20,000 nt of DNA from an uncultured virus (IMG/VR IMGVR_UViG_3300021960_000053) (taxonomy: Duplodnaviria; Heunggongvirae; Uroviricota; Caudoviricetes). Under the pieces are notes generated by a model. It made no database searches and was not told where the DNA came from. It worked only from the letters and a program-made list of their open reading frames with translations. This document shows, piece after piece, positions 8,794 to 16,101 of the stretch. The position numbers were made by a program, and so were the translations under genes. Where the stretch lies: the IMG/VR virus record IMGVR_UViG_3300021960_000053, positions 52,968-72,967 of that record; one strand, written 5' to 3'. The stretch's first letter is position 1; every line of letters starts with the position of its first letter.

Positions 8794-9324
8794 TTAAGTT
8801 TCCACTTCAATGGTATAGAACAGATACTTAAAAGTAACGGTTGCTGTAAAGTATGTATAATCCTGATCAGTGGCAGTAAATTCAAGAGCACTCAAAGAAA
8901 TAGGAAACAAGTCTCTGAACTTTACGCGAGCACTAACATTAAAATTACTGTTTAGGATAGCGAGTGTTCCGTCACTAAATTGCTCTTTAACATCCTTTTG
9001 TCCCTGAGCATTGGTAATTAATTCTTGAAACTCAGAAACACTCTCTGGATATCCAAGACCATAAATCCAGTTATGAATCTCTAAGTAATTTTCCAAGTCT
9101 TCATCAACAATAAACTGGAGAGTCAGATCTTCAAACTGAATATTATCCCCAGGCAAATCAATTGCTTTGAGATAATTTCCTACCTTAATATTTCCAAGTT
9201 GGATACCAGGAATCTTTGCACTGTTGGAAAAGAAATCAACCTTTGGTGTCTTTACAATGTTAAATTTAAATCCAACTGGCGACAAGTAATTCTTGTTCGC
9301 AATTTGTTTACCTAAAAATGACAT
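8794..9324 (-). CDS. g3: gp3 tail tube terminator / tail completion protein
   Basis: NYLSPVGFKF, IPGI, PGD, FIVDEDLENYLEIHNW, FPISLS, ATVTFKY; position downstream of g23. Confidence 0.88.
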   Translation of the reverse strand: MSFLGKQIANKNYLSPVGFKFNIVKTPKVDFFSNSAKIPGIQLGNIKVGNYLKAIDLPGDNIQFEDLTLQFIVDEDLENYLEIHNWIYGLGYPESVSEFQELITNAQGQKDVKEQFSDGTLAILNSNFNVSARVKFRDLFPISLSALEFTATDQDYTYFTATVTFKYLFYTIEVET

Positions 9325-9326
9325 GA

Positions 9327-9971
9327 TTACCTCGCTGTTCTAACATATACTTTTCTCTTACCATATTGTGTAGGTGTGAGATTTGGATCACCAGTGACCT
9401 GTCTTGCAGTAGCTCTCATTAAATCATAACTAGTGCTTTTGTTAACTTCACCTGCAGGACCAAAATTACCAGTATCCCTCACAGTTGCATTTGTAACTCT
9501 GGTATTTGCACCAGTTGGTTTTTGTGTGAACTGTAACTTGGTTCCAAAATCTTGAGACGGAGTTCCTGCCCATGTACCTGCAGGAACTTCATTTGCTTTA
9601 TATCTGTAAGGAACTGCAACGCCAGTTGTTGCACCTGTAAATGGAGTTCCGTCAGCAGTTCTTTGGACTTTATCTGCGCCAGTGTTATATCCTTGTGAAG
9701 TTGTATCTTTTGGACCGTAAGAACTGGTACTGACAGGTTTCCATCCATATCTTTCTGCTTCTGCGGGAGTATGTGCCCTTGGAGTAAACTTATTAGTGCT
9801 CTTATCTAATACTCCAGGTTTATAATTTTTATATGCTAAAACATTTGTATTAGCAGGTTTTGGTTTTGTTGCAGCAGATCTGTCAGCACCAGATATTTTA
9901 TTCCATGCCCAAGTAAATGGGTTTCCTTCTACCAGAGCAGCATCTTCTCTGAATTGACGAAAGGTTTTCAT
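9327..9971 (-). CDS. Putative virion internal protein: capsid-targeting-like leader plus RlpA-like double-psi beta-barrel domain
   Basis: N-terminal MKTFRQFRE; C-terminal SSYGP..TADGTPF..VAVP..FGTKL..VRDTGNF..SYDL..GKRKVYV; own late promoter. Confidence 0.7.
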   Translation of the reverse strand: MKTFRQFREDAALVEGNPFTWAWNKISGADRSAATKPKPANTNVLAYKNYKPGVLDKSTNKFTPRAHTPAEAERYGWKPVSTSSYGPKDTTSQGYNTGADKVQRTADGTPFTGATTGVAVPYRYKANEVPAGTWAGTPSQDFGTKLQFTQKPTGANTRVTNATVRDTGNFGPAGEVNKSTSYDLMRATARQVTGDPNLTPTQYGKRKVYVRTAR

Positions 9972-9992
9972 CTACACTAGGCGTCTTAATTA

Positions 9993-10000
9993 TATTTAGA
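9993..10000 (-). promoter_or_regulatory. T4-type late promoter (TCTAAATA) for the 214-aa gene and g3
   Basis: Immediately after g23 terminator, 21 nt upstream of the ATG. Confidence 0.7.
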
Positions 10001-10001
10001 T

Positions 10002-10028
10002 AAAAAAAGAGGGTCCTTTCGGACCCTC
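10002..10028 (-). terminator. Rho-independent terminator downstream of g23
   Basis: GAGGGTCC-GAAA-GGACCCTC followed by T7. Confidence 0.93.
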
Positions 10029-10049
10029 GGAGACTTCCTTCACACGGAT
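10002..10049 (-). ncRNA. Candidate ~47-nt small RNA
   Basis: Bounded by a sigma70-like promoter (10054-10082) and the terminator; contains GUGUGAAGGAAGU. Confidence 0.4.
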
Positions 10050-10053
10050 GTCT

Positions 10054-10082
10054 ATTATAACATCACATGAGGTTCTTAACAA
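10054..10082 (-). promoter_or_regulatory. sigma70-type promoter straddling the g23 stop codon
   Basis: TTGTTA-N17-TATAAT with extended -10 (TGtTATAAT). Confidence 0.55.
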
Positions 10083-11502
10083 CAGTACGCTGGTAGTAGC
10101 GGTTGCTGTTGGAGGTGATACGACCAAGACCCTGGTTAGAAACATTACCCTCAGCGAAGGGGTTGGAGACAAGACCATAACGGGTCTTGAAGCCAATCTT
10201 GGGCTGGAAGCTGTTCTCACCGACGGCACGAACCATCTGGAGGGGAACATAGGGGCAGTAGAAGAGACCAGCGTCATAGGGGCTGGAACCCTTGTAACCG
10301 ACAACATAGTACTGGTTAGCAGCACTGTTGGCAGAGAAGGGATCGATATAGACTCTGTACTTACCGTTGATAGTACCAGCGAAGGTATTACCAGTGTCGT
10401 CAACCTGCAGGTTGGCGTTCAGAGCGGGGGTGTAATCGAGTACACCAGCCATGGTCAGAGCAGAGGCGACATCAGCGGAGGTCATGATGATGTTGCCCTT
10501 TCCTCTACGAGTTCTTTGGGCGATTCTGTTAGCATCTCTCTCGATGTTGAACAGCAGACCCTTGAACTTCTCAACAGACCAACGACCGTTGGAGTCAACA
10601 TCCAGGTCGAAGAATCCTTGGTTAGCAACATTGACCTGAGAACCAGCTTCAGCGGTCTTATAGATGGTTCTGATGACTTCGCGGTTGATCTCAGCCAGGA
10701 TCTCGCTGGACAGGATGTTAGCGAGTTCGGCTTCAGCGTTCAGACCGTGGATAGCACGGAGGTCCTGAGCCAGCTCCATGCTGTACTCAGCTTTCAGAGC
10801 ACGAGACTTAGCGGTAACGGTGACCTTCTCGATCGAGAATGCCATCTCGTTGAAGTTGGTGCCGTTGCCGTCACCCAGAGCTTCAGAGTCGCCAGTTGCG
10901 AAACCTTGACCAACGCTGTACTGAGCTTGAACAGCATCAGAAGCGGTGCCTTCCAGGATACCAGGGTTGGTGCCACGCTGAGTAGCGGTAGAACCGAAAC
11001 CAACAGCCAGACCGTCATCGGTAGCAGCGGTGTAGTCACCTTGGGTAGCAGTGCCACCAGCGACATTGGCAGAGAAGGCAGAATCGGGCTCGTCGAAGAA
11101 GGCTTCGGTGCCAGACTGGTTGGTGTAGCGGGAGCGCATTGCGAAGATCAGTCCAGTAGGACCGTTCATCGGTTGAACACCAGCGAGTTCATAAGCAACC
11201 AGATTCGGCATAGAGCGACGAATCAGGGAGATCAGAACGGGGTCGAAACCAGCGGTAGGACCAGCAGCAGCAGAACCAGAACCGAAAGCACCAGAAGCAC
11301 CAGCAGCGTTACCAGAGTTGGTGGGGGCTTCGGTCAGCATGCCATTGCCATTCTCAAAAGCATGCTGCTCACGCAGGAAACGCTCTTGGTTCTCAAGCAG
11401 GATAGCGGTGGTAGCACGACGGTGAGAATCCCTAATCGGATCTACACCCTCGGCATCGAGAAGGGGAGACCACTTCTCAATTAATTGTTGTGCGTTGTAC
11501 AT
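10063..11502 (-). CDS. g23: gp23 major capsid protein
   Basis: KWSPLL, LLENQE, GFDPVLISLIRRSMP, GVQPMNGPTGLIFAMRSRY, AKSRALKAEYS, FYCPYVPL, FQPKIGFKTRYG; likely gp21 cleavage at LTE|A. Confidence 0.99.
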   Translation of the reverse strand: MYNAQQLIEKWSPLLDAEGVDPIRDSHRRATTAILLENQERFLREQHAFENGNGMLTEAPTNSGNAAGASGAFGSGSAAAGPTAGFDPVLISLIRRSMPNLVAYELAGVQPMNGPTGLIFAMRSRYTNQSGTEAFFDEPDSAFSANVAGGTATQGDYTAATDDGLAVGFGSTATQRGTNPGILEGTASDAVQAQYSVGQGFATGDSEALGDGNGTNFNEMAFSIEKVTVTAKSRALKAEYSMELAQDLRAIHGLNAEAELANILSSEILAEINREVIRTIYKTAEAGSQVNVANQGFFDLDVDSNGRWSVEKFKGLLFNIERDANRIAQRTRRGKGNIIMTSADVASALTMAGVLDYTPALNANLQVDDTGNTFAGTINGKYRVYIDPFSANSAANQYYVVGYKGSSPYDAGLFYCPYVPLQMVRAVGENSFQPKIGFKTRYGLVSNPFAEGNVSNQGLGRITSNSNRYYQRTVVKNLM

Positions 11503-11536
11503 TGTTTTGGGAAATTGTGTTAAATTTGGGACTTGT

Positions 11537-12571
11537 TTACTTCATTCCAAGGGCTTTCAAATACTGAGCCATCGAAGCAGATGCTTCAACGCCAGTTTCT
11601 GAGGTTACGCCCTCAGACAGTGTTTCCACTTTATTAGAAGACTGCTTTTGCTCGCTGGGGAAATAAGATTCTCTCAGCGTAACCAGCTTCTCACGATAAG
11701 ACTCTTCACCCTCAAACTCAACACCCTCAGACAGAGCGTACAGTTTCTCTCTTTGTGTTACAGCAAGTCCTTCGGTTACTTCGCGGAAAATTCCATCAGC
11801 TGTAGTTTCACCGAGTCTCTTGTTGAGAGAGATGTTAGCTTCAATCTGTTCGTTAAGTCTGGTTTCCATTTCATCAAGTTTGGAGACCATGCTCTCCAGG
11901 ACATCATATTTATCTTCAGGGATAGAAACATAATGATCTTCAAAAAGACCTCTCATTCCTTGCAGGAAGGATTCGGTCATCTCGGTCTTCAGACCGTGCT
12001 CAACCTCGATCTTGTTCTCGGAGAGCCACTCAGTAGATACATACTCAAGGTATGCATCAACACGCTCTACGAGTTCCGACTTAACGGACTCAAGATGCTC
12101 GGTCAGTGTTGCTTCGTACTCAGCAGCCATTGCTTCTTGTACTTCAGTTACCTTAGCGGTAACTACAGCTTCGAAGATGGTGCGAGCTTTTTCTTGGAAT
12201 TCTTCGGAGAGTTCTTCGCCGCCAAACAGAGCAGCAAGATCTTCTTCGATGTCAACCGTAGAGGTTTCTTGCTCTTCCTCGGCAACGACTTCCTGCTCGT
12301 CCTCAAGTTCTACTTGATCGCCAGCAGAAAGAGATTGCATAGGCTCAGCAGCTTTAGCGCCACGAGTTACGACATCTCTAACGGTTTTGACTTTGGGTTC
12401 TGCGAGTTTCGCGGAATTGTCGTCGGGCTTATAGTTCTCGGGGGTAGGACCACCGAGATCTTGTACAGCCGCCAGACCAGTTCCAGGATCAGCTAACTTA
12501 GGCATACCTTCGCCAGCTTTCGCACCCCTTGTTACAGGATTTTCCATTTCTTGTAATTCCTTAGCGGACAT
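11537..12571 (-). CDS. g22: gp22 prohead core scaffold protein
   Basis: Very acidic helical protein; LSEEFQEKARTIFEA, VDAYLEYV, LRESYF; between g21 and g23; GGAG RBS. Confidence 0.93.
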   Translation of the reverse strand: MSAKELQEMENPVTRGAKAGEGMPKLADPGTGLAAVQDLGGPTPENYKPDDNSAKLAEPKVKTVRDVVTRGAKAAEPMQSLSAGDQVELEDEQEVVAEEEQETSTVDIEEDLAALFGGEELSEEFQEKARTIFEAVVTAKVTEVQEAMAAEYEATLTEHLESVKSELVERVDAYLEYVSTEWLSENKIEVEHGLKTEMTESFLQGMRGLFEDHYVSIPEDKYDVLESMVSKLDEMETRLNEQIEANISLNKRLGETTADGIFREVTEGLAVTQREKLYALSEGVEFEGEESYREKLVTLRESYFPSEQKQSSNKVETLSEGVTSETGVEASASMAQYLKALGMK

Positions 12572-12611
12572 TAGTGAACTCTCCGATTAAATCGTTGATA
12601 TAAACTATATT

Positions 12612-12619
12612 TATTTATA
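12612..12619 (-). promoter_or_regulatory. T4 late promoter TATAAATA upstream of g22
   Basis: Exact T4 consensus in g21-g22 intergenic gap. Confidence 0.85.
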
Positions 12620-12621
12620 AA

Positions 12622-13272
12622 TTAGAGACTTGATAAGAACTTATTGAACAAAGCAAGCTTCTGTTCCTGTAAAGCTCTTTGGTCTACCAAAGTGTTAATT
12701 TGCTTGTAGGTCTTCTCTACAAGTCTTTCGCGGACGATGCCGCCATCCATAACCCACTCTTTTCCTTCCATGATTCCTTCTACAAAGGCATCAGGTGCGG
12801 AAGGATCTGCTACAATATCAGCAGCAGTTGCGAGCATGAAATCGTCGGAGACAATTTTAATGCCCTCGTTATTCATGGTCAATGTACCAAGACCACGAGA
12901 AGAAACACCTAACTTAACACCTTCATCAATCAGACTCTGAGCAATCTTGCCCATAGGTGTATTGAGAAGTTTTGCCTTACCAATAAAATTAGTTCCCTCT
13001 TCTCTGAGAGAAACAATTTTATGGGAGACTCTATCTAAGTTAAGAGTAGGTCCATCAGGGTGACCGAGCTCACCAAGAGCACGACCCTTGTTTACAAAAC
13101 TTTCGTTGTAGCGACAGACTTCTCTACGAAGAGTTTCCATCGGGTACATGCGACCGTTACGGTTCTTAATGTCCCCTTGCAGGAATACTCCTTCGATAAA
13201 CATAGACTTCTTACCATCGCGTTCTTCGATGATAAGTTCTACCTGTTCGATTTCTTCCGTGATCAGTTTCAT
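12622..13272 (-). CDS. g21: gp21 prohead protease
   Basis: IEGVFLQ, NRNGRMYP, ALGELGHP, GVSSRGLG, DIVADPSAPDAFV. Confidence 0.96.
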   Translation of the reverse strand: MKLITEEIEQVELIIEERDGKKSMFIEGVFLQGDIKNRNGRMYPMETLRREVCRYNESFVNKGRALGELGHPDGPTLNLDRVSHKIVSLREEGTNFIGKAKLLNTPMGKIAQSLIDEGVKLGVSSRGLGTLTMNNEGIKIVSDDFMLATAADIVADPSAPDAFVEGIMEGKEWVMDGGIVRERLVEKTYKQINTLVDQRALQEQKLALFNKFLSSL

Positions 13273-13276
13273 TTGA

Positions 13277-13543
13277 TTACCCTGTGAATCCTACTTTAGC
13301 TACTTTAAGTGCTCCTCCAATGCCATAGATAAGATCAGAGGCTTTCTTCTCAACCAACTCAGATGTATTATTGAGCATGGTAATGGATCCAATACCTGTA
13401 AAGGAAGAATCCTGAACATGAAGAACAACAGTACTGCCAGAATCATTTAGGACTCTAACAACAGTAGCATTGCCTACGGAAGTACTATTACCAATACCAG
13501 CTGCCAGCGGAGTCTCCGCCGCAAGAATTAAAGTTCTTGCCAT
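13277..13543 (-). CDS. Small hypothetical protein in prohead cluster
   Basis: 88 aa, GAGGGAG RBS, TAATG coupling to upstream ORF, ends 4 nt before g21. Confidence 0.8.
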   Translation of the reverse strand: MARTLILAAETPLAAGIGNSTSVGNATVVRVLNDSGSTVVLHVQDSSFTGIGSITMLNNTSELVEKKASDLIYGIGGALKVAKVGFTG

Positions 13544-13707
13544 TATTCTCCCTCAGGTGAATCTTGTGTACCAAAAAGACTTGCCGCAGCACCAGGACGC
13601 AATGCATCTACTTTTGCAGCAGCTCTTGTATAAAGAAGGTCTTTGATTTGATCGCTGATATCAACTGCAGACGAATCCGTTGCAATCATATTAATTAGTT
13701 CTTCCAT
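13543..13707 (-). CDS. 54-aa hypothetical protein (positional analogue of T4 gp67/gp68 core proteins)
   Basis: Not in ORF track: MEELINMIATDSSAVDISDQIKDLLYTRAAAKVDALRPGAAASLFGTQDSPEGE*; follows a late promoter. Confidence 0.8.
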   Translation of the reverse strand: MEELINMIATDSSAVDISDQIKDLLYTRAAAKVDALRPGAAASLFGTQDSPEGE

Positions 13708-13731
13708 TGATATAAATCAGAGGTATAAACT

Positions 13732-13739
13732 TATTTATT
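13732..13739 (-). promoter_or_regulatory. Late promoter AATAAATA overlapping the g20 stop
   Basis: NATAAATA box upstream of the 54-aa ORF. Confidence 0.7.
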
Positions 13740-15411
13740 AGATCTCCCCTTCTGATGCCTTTGGTTGCTTCGGTTGTTGAGGCGCAGGCGCTGGAGTTTC
13801 CGCAACTGCATTAGGATCTTGTCCCTGCATCATAGGATCTGCAGCAGACATTGCTTCCATCTCAAGCATTTGTTGGTTGGGATCGGGAATGACTCCTCTT
13901 GCAATTTCATCCTCGATCTGCGCATCAATTTCGACGATTTCTTGATCTCTCTGACGCAGAACTTGGCGTCTTACATACTCCGTAGAGTAGTAACGACCAA
14001 CATAAGGTTCGACTTGCATCAGGAGAGCTAAGCGACCCTCCATCAGTTCCTTATCCTTCAGTTCTGCAAAGTGGTTGTCATATAAGAAGTCGAACTGAAT
14101 ATGCTCAGACATTACTTCCCAATCCTGGGGAGTAACAATATTCTTCAGAAGAAGTTGTGTCTTAAGCATATCCAGGAACATTGCACTGAAACGCTTACGG
14201 AGACGACCAACAAACTTACTAAATTTGAGTTCGTCTCTTAAGATTTCAGAAGATCTACCTAGGTTGAATCCATCGCCAGAACCAGCGATTCTAGATTCGG
14301 GCACTGCTAGGGATCTATAGAGTTTCTTCTGGAAATATTCAATATCCGAAAGTTCTCCGAGGTTTTGCCCGCCAGGGAGGGTAGAGATTTCTGTACCGCG
14401 CCCTCCCTCGCGGCGAGGAAGCCAGAAGTCTTCCAACATACTCATCATCTTTTTGTCGTCACGAATCTCACCGCTGTTGGAATCATAGACCAACTTATTA
14501 CGGTAACGCATCATGACTTCACGAAGGTACTGTTCCGCTTTTACCTTCGGAAGATTGCCAACATCAATATAGAAAATACGACGCTCAGGTGCGCGAGACA
14601 ATCTGTAAATAACCAGAGAGTCCTCAATCATACGAAGTTGATTGAGTGCCTTAATTGCTTTATGCAGATAAGAAAGACCTGTTCCTTTATTTCTATCTAC
14701 AAGTCCAGAGGTGCAATAAGTAATCGAATCTTTAGCGATCTTTACACCCTTCATGGCAGCACCTGCTCCAGGCGCATTCATGTTTGTAGGATATTGAGGT
14801 TTCGGAGTATACAAGAAATATTCTTCGATTTCAGGGAAATATACTCTCTGCTCCTCGTGAACATTCCTGTTGTTAAACAAGTCTGATCTATCATCTTTCT
14901 TCTTTTCTTTGCGGATGTACCGCATTTTAAGAGGATCAATATATCTCAGTTCTTGTAATCCTGCTGTAGGATTTTGGATATCAATTACTTTGTTGTAGTA
15001 TAGTTTACCATCAACATACCAATTTCTAAAGATTTCATGAGACTTTGTATCAAAGTCCAGAAGATCCTTAATGTGCTTAAACTCTTTACGGATGATGTTC
15101 TTGATACCATCACTGGCATTAAGATTTTCCAGATCGATTTCTACAGGAGAATCATTCTGGTCTGAAACAATTGCTTCGTTAACAACATCTTCAATGGCAT
15201 TATCCACTTCTGGGTGGAGTGCCATCTCTCTGTATTTTCTAATAAGTTCATGCTCTGTTTTGTAGATACCTTCAATATCTACAACTTGACTAGAAAATCC
15301 ACCCTGAATATAATAGTCAACCCCATCCTCGCCAGAAACGGGGATGGGGGAAACTACACCCTTGGGGTTCTTTTCATTATCTTCAATAGAAAATCCGAAG
15401 AGTTTCGACAT
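13738..15411 (-). CDS. g20: gp20 portal protein
   Basis: WYVDG, SYLHKAIKALNQLRMIEDSLVIYRLSRAPERRIFYIDVGNLPK, EDFWLPRREGGRGTEI. Confidence 0.98.
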   Translation of the reverse strand: MSKLFGFSIEDNEKNPKGVVSPIPVSGEDGVDYYIQGGFSSQVVDIEGIYKTEHELIRKYREMALHPEVDNAIEDVVNEAIVSDQNDSPVEIDLENLNASDGIKNIIRKEFKHIKDLLDFDTKSHEIFRNWYVDGKLYYNKVIDIQNPTAGLQELRYIDPLKMRYIRKEKKKDDRSDLFNNRNVHEEQRVYFPEIEEYFLYTPKPQYPTNMNAPGAGAAMKGVKIAKDSITYCTSGLVDRNKGTGLSYLHKAIKALNQLRMIEDSLVIYRLSRAPERRIFYIDVGNLPKVKAEQYLREVMMRYRNKLVYDSNSGEIRDDKKMMSMLEDFWLPRREGGRGTEISTLPGGQNLGELSDIEYFQKKLYRSLAVPESRIAGSGDGFNLGRSSEILRDELKFSKFVGRLRKRFSAMFLDMLKTQLLLKNIVTPQDWEVMSEHIQFDFLYDNHFAELKDKELMEGRLALLMQVEPYVGRYYSTEYVRRQVLRQRDQEIVEIDAQIEDEIARGVIPDPNQQMLEMEAMSAADPMMQGQDPNAVAETPAPAPQQPKQPKASEGEI

Positions 15412-15422
15412 TTTAATAGGGT

Positions 15423-15440
15423 GTCTTTGATATCAAAGAC
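15423..15440. repeat. Perfect 18-bp palindrome in the g20 leader
   Basis: GTCTTTGATATCAAAGAC equals its own reverse complement. Confidence 0.9.
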
Positions 15441-15448
15441 TATTTATC
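15441..15448 (-). promoter_or_regulatory. Late promoter GATAAATA overlapping the g19 stop
   Basis: NATAAATA box upstream of g20. Confidence 0.7.
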
Positions 15449-16067
15449 AAGCGACATCTCCACCGTTTCCAGCAGCTTCCCACCACTGAACTTGAAGGGT
15501 TACGGTAAACTCTTCAATTGCGTCTGCAGAATCATAAGAAAGATCCAGTGCAGAAATGTTTGTGGGGAATACGCTGTAGAACTTGTAGGTTCTCAGGATG
15601 GGAAGATTAGCGTCAGACTCTTGAGAGTTAGGAGCAACAGCAGATCTGCCAAGTTGATAGACATAGGCGTCTCTGGTGTAATCTTCAGGGTTAGTATTAC
15701 CAGCACCATCAGATACTTTAACAATAGAGTTCATCCATCTTTCGAAGGAAGAACGAATTGCAAAGTCAGTATCGTTGATAACTGTGATGGTCCACTCATC
15801 GAATGTTCTGTCACCAGCAATCTTCAGGGTACGACCTCTGAAAGGAACACTGATAGGAGCAATGTTCGATGCGGGAAGTGCAGCTGCTTTGACAAGGAAT
15901 CTTGCCTTAGCGTCAATATCATTAACGCTAGCATCTACCACACCTTCGGGCCAAGCAAGAACAACTTCAAAAAGGTTGGGTCTTGCAATACCGCCAGACA
16001 GTCTCGACTTAAATTTGTCGATTGTTCTATCTGCGGTCTTTGGGGGATTTTGTGAATTGATAGCCAT
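15447..16067 (-). CDS. g19: gp19 tail tube protein
   Basis: GGIARPNLFEV, LPAS, VPFRGRTLKIAGDRTFDEWTITVIND, IEEFTVTL; GAGG RBS. Confidence 0.96.
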   Translation of the reverse strand: MAINSQNPPKTADRTIDKFKSRLSGGIARPNLFEVVLAWPEGVVDASVNDIDAKARFLVKAAALPASNIAPISVPFRGRTLKIAGDRTFDEWTITVINDTDFAIRSSFERWMNSIVKVSDGAGNTNPEDYTRDAYVYQLGRSAVAPNSQESDANLPILRTYKFYSVFPTNISALDLSYDSADAIEEFTVTLQVQWWEAAGNGGDVA

Positions 16068-16101
16068 TAGTTTTTACCTCGTTGAGTTTATTATAAGGCG
16101 A

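Noticed and set aside
9996..10403. 135-aa minus-strand alternative-frame ORF over the g23 3' end
   Set aside because: Off-frame within g23, runs through the terminator, no RBS and no slippery site identified
10048..11484. 478-aa plus-strand ORF antisense to g23
   Set aside because: Mirror frame of the strongly codon-biased capsid gene; no recognisable motifs
11648..12496. 282-aa plus-strand ORF antisense to g22, and the other short plus-strand ORFs
   Set aside because: Shadows of well-supported minus-strand genes; Phe/Leu-rich mirrors of Glu/Lys codons
16090..16095. TATAAT upstream of g19
   Set aside because: No -35 or extended -10 support; g19 is adequately explained by read-through from g18
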